Origin: Amoebophrya sp. A120
Taxonomy: Eukaryota > Protista > Dinoflagellata
Direction of reading: 5' to 3'
Length of the DNA: 64,000 nucleotides
NCBI GenBank assembly: GCA_905178155.1
Contig: CAJINV010000005.1
Span: 4,567,556-4,631,555 of the forward strand
The translations under genes and the position numbers were made by a program. Shown one piece after another: positions 63,013 to 64,000 of this stretch. Positions within the stretch are counted from its first letter, which is position 1, and the number at the start of each line of letters is the position of its first letter. Under the pieces are notes generated by a model. It ran no database searches and was not told the origin of the DNA. It was given only the letters and a program-made list of their open reading frames with translations.

Positions 63013-63286
63013 TATCAAATGTAAAAGTGTCTGGGTCTGGAGAAATGCAACTTGTCATGCTAAATCTGAAACTGAAGCATGCAAAAATCTGTGCTGCGTG
63101 ATTCCCACAAGTTGTCCAGTTTCGACCAAGTCGGGGGGGAGTTTCTCATTCTCACGAAGGATAGGTATGAGAGAGATCGCACAGAATCTGTCGCGCTAGG
63201 TCCTGCATTCCAGACCTCATGGGTCACGGAAAAGCTGCATGACAAGTCGCGCACTCTTCCAGACCCAGACATTTTTGCATGTGATA
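63013..63286. mobile_element. Introner family A
   Basis: A-type TIR; TSD CGGTG. Confidence 0.9.
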
Positions 63287-63333
63287 CGGTGGGCAGGGCT
63301 TTAAATTCGTTTCCTCCATCAATTTAGAAAAGG

Positions 63334-63861
63334 CTATGCATTCTCTTTGTCGGACTCCGGGATAATAGCATTGGCCCCTTTAGATGGTGGTTGTGGTTCT
63401 TTCTTTCCATCTCGCTGTGTGGCCTTCGTCCCTCGCTTCCCGAACAGGCTTTGGTCTAAAGTCAGTTGCGAGGCAGCCTCGTCCACGCCGGCTTCGTCTT
63501 CATTCCCCGCTGCATAGGACCCTCGCTGACTTTGCTGCTTTCCACGCTTCCATTCGTCGAACTGGTTACTCACTCTACGTAGCTCCTGGTACTGGCGATC
63601 GAACGAAGCTCCTGCTTCACGTTCATCATGATCCTCTCCAAATCTGACAAGCGGCCCAGACAGTGTCGTGTGCGGAATACTGCCACAAGAAAGTTCCGGA
63701 GCTTCTAGAGATACAACCGCTACCAAAGTATCGGCTGCACAGTAGTCGTTTCCCAGCGGTGGCTGAGCGGCAGTGCAAACTTTGTAGCCGTGTACCGAGG
63801 CCGGCGGGTAAAGAGAGCCCGGTGGCGGTGGGGGGCTAAACTGATCTCCTATCTCGTCCAC
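63334..63861 (-). CDS. Exon of an unknown gene continuing beyond the window
   Basis: 175-aa ORF on the common coding strand; no recognisable domain. Confidence 0.4.
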   Translation of the reverse strand: MDEIGDQFSPPPPPGSLYPPASVHGYKVCTAAQPPLGNDYCAADTLVAVVSLEAPELSCGSIPHTTLSGPLVRFGEDHDEREAGASFDRQYQELRRVSNQFDEWKRGKQQSQRGSYAAGNEDEAGVDEAASQLTLDQSLFGKRGTKATQRDGKKEPQPPSKGANAIIPESDKENA

Positions 63862-64000
63862 CGTATGGAAGCGTCAGGTTTGAAATAATCGCCAAAGTTG
63901 AAATAATTTGCAATGCATAAAATGCATGCCCCGAGGTGCGTGTGTTGCAGATCAGGCAAGTGAGGCCGATCGTAAGCCTGTTTGGGGTTACAGCTCGAGC

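Noticed and set aside
6696-63286. Recurrent peptides such as PDPDIF, FQTQTFLHL, KMSGSG, CKSIVLV, QKYRTR in many ORFs
   Set aside because: Translations of introner TIRs, not a protein domain.
4525-63286. Tc1/mariner interpretation (TA target duplication)
   Set aside because: A separate, variable 5-bp duplication lies outside the TA; TAT/ATA belong to the TIR.

Overview
Eukaryotic genomic DNA, most consistent with the parasitic dinoflagellate Amoebophrya (Syndiniales, A120-type; inferred from intron architecture). All host genes lie on the minus strand. They are interrupted by about 55-58 short non-canonical introns that look like MITE-type DNA transposons ('introners'): at least 9 sequence families with TAT...ATA terminal inverted repeats (TIRs) and a 5-bp target-site duplication (TSD). 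At the junctions I tested, removing the element plus one 5-bp copy restored the reading frame. Reconstructed genes: a ~13-kb, probably secreted calpain-like protease fused to two SGNH/GDSL hydrolase domains (27437-14256), a large FHA-domain protein, a cyclin L-like gene, ribosomal protein RPL26/uL24 and several unknown low-complexity proteins. The window opens inside an intronless plus-strand Pif1-type helicase ORF (Helitron RepHel-like). Two non-autonomous Helitron-like elements (5'-TTACTA...hairpin-CTGG/CTTG-3', inserted at A|T without TSD; 0.8 kb and 5.6 kb with a 122-bp satellite) are nested inside introners. Other oddities: two introners in tandem sharing one TSD, an introner swollen by a 311-bp array, and a GCATNACA motif shared across unrelated families. 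Coordinates were counted by hand; splicing is inferred from frame restoration, not from RNA data.
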